Assembly: GCF_963921235.1 (NCBI RefSeq)
Contig: NC_086108.1
Span: 81,470,001-81,534,000, forward strand
Length of the DNA stretch: 64,000 nucleotides
Origin: Mobula hypostoma
Taxonomy: Eukaryota
Reading direction: 5' to 3'
The first letter of the stretch is position 1. Every line of letters begins with the position of its first letter. Position numbers and translations under genes: made by a program. Positions 62,835-64,000 of this stretch are shown here, piece by piece. The notes beneath the pieces are model-generated. The model was not told the origin of the DNA, did not search any database, and worked only from the letters and a program-made list of their open reading frames with translations.

Positions 62835-63395
62835 TGGGGTGTGTGGGGTGTCAGGGAGGAGTAGCACCCCTGGTGGGGGAACATGTCGCGTCCTTTTCAG
62901 GGCGGTTAGTCCACCTTTGGTCCCCACCTGGCACTCAGCTCTCACCTGTGTCTCCCCGTAGCTGTTTGCATGTGACAGCGGCCACACTCCGGGCAACGGT
63001 TTCGACAAGCCGGCTAAAGCAGGTGAGGGTAGCCGACGGGTCTCAAACCCTCGGTGTGATAGGGAGTTGTCTATCCCAGCACGTGAAGACAGACTCCGGC
63101 GGATTGAGCGGACGAGACCAATGGAAGGTCCAATGGTCAAGGCGGCGGTCTCTGCAAGTGTCATGGAACATGTAGAGCAGGACAAGACACAGAAGACGTC
63201 TCGGTCATCCACCGCACCCAGCCCCATCTCCAGCCATCTCGACTCTGTCTTGCCACTGGATCCAGATGGGAACTGGGAAGAGAGAGTGAGGCTGATGCTG
63301 TGCAACTCTCCCTCACTTAAATCCAAATCAAGCACTAGTCTCGACACCATCATAATGGTGTGGAGGTCCTCATCGACGTCAACGATGAATGAACA
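62835..63395 (+). mobile_element. Non-autonomous RTE-type retroelement with 5' ribozyme
   Basis: 14-bp TSD gtagcaggggtcca (62821-62834) / gcagcgggggtcca (63396-63409), 2 mismatches; atgaatgaac tail; no RT coding sequence. Confidence 0.8.
62836..63030 (+). ncRNA. HDV-like self-cleaving ribozyme with long J1/2 and an L3 hairpin insert
   Basis: P1 GGGGTGT (62836-42) / ACACTCC (62984-90); P2 CTCACCTG (62941-48) / CAGGTGAG (63020-27); P3 GTC/GCC (one mismatch); L3 TCCCCGT; GG-GCAA; P4 CGGTTT-cgac-AAGCCG; J4/2 GCTAA with catalytic-position C63014. Confidence 0.75.
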
Positions 63396-63674
63396 GCAGC
63401 GGGGGTCCAGAAGAGAAGCTTGTGGTTGCATGAACAAAATATTTCAGGATTCCATCTCCAGTTTACAGTCTGTTTGAAAAGTATTACCACTGATGTAAGA
63501 TTCCACCACAATATCTTAGACCAGAAATTGCAGTCAATTTTCTAAAGGCTAATATTTGGTTCACCATGAGTTCGTCAGCATTCACCACTAAAGTGTCTGG
63601 CTACATTTCCTTTAGCCACATTAATGTTCTTTGAATTTAATTAGTATTAAATGTGCTGTATTCTTGGTATTTAT

Positions 63675-63955
63675 AAGACCTTAAGACACTGGAGCAGAAT
63701 TAGGTCATTTGGCCAAACAAGTCTGCTCTGCCATTCCATCATGGTTGAATTATTATCCCTCTCAACCCCATTGTCCTGCCTTCTCCTCCTAACCTTTGAC
63801 ACCCTGACTAATGGAGAAGCGATCACCCTCTGCTGTAAATATATTCAATGACTTGGCCTCCACAGCTGTCTGTGGCAATGAAGTACACAGATTCACTACC
63901 GACTGGCTAAAATAATTCCTTCTCATCTCTGTTCTAAAGGGACACCTTTCTATTC
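63675..63955 (-). mobile_element. CR1 3' end
   Basis: aagaccttaagacactggagcagaattagg...cacagattcactacc...aattccttctcatctctgttctaaaggg. Confidence 0.85.
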
Positions 63956-64000
63956 TGTTGGTCTTTCTTGCTGCTGTAAATGTTTAAAATGCACTCAGGG

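Noticed and set aside
62727..63477. 236-aa (-) and 136-aa (+) ORFs as proteins
   Set aside because: No recognisable domains; they span a GC-rich structured element and cross its TSD boundaries.

Overview
Eukaryotic, vertebrate-type, repeat-dense DNA with no confidently identifiable host protein-coding gene. The repeat mix suggests a cartilaginous fish, probably a ray (inference from HER1-like CR1 LINEs, V-SINE/HE1-like SINEs, Deu-domain SINEs, Rex1/Babar and Penelope-like elements). Nearly all ORFs in the track are fragments of retrotransposons (CR1, RTE, Rex1/Babar, Penelope GIY-YIG) or hAT transposases, or their antisense shadows. The most interesting signals are RNA-level. (1) A ~560-nt non-autonomous RTE-type element (62835-63395, 14-bp target-site duplication) begins exactly at a predicted HDV-like self-cleaving ribozyme with an unusual hairpin inserted at the 3' end of loop L3. 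(2) About ten Penelope-derived units carry minimal hammerhead ribozyme motifs, including a tandem two-hammerhead unit and a 94-nt solo hammerhead-tail insertion with its own TSD. (3) A large RTE element is split by three nested insertions, each with a readable TSD. Repeat boundaries without a stated TSD are approximate, and family names come from recognised motifs, not from database searches.
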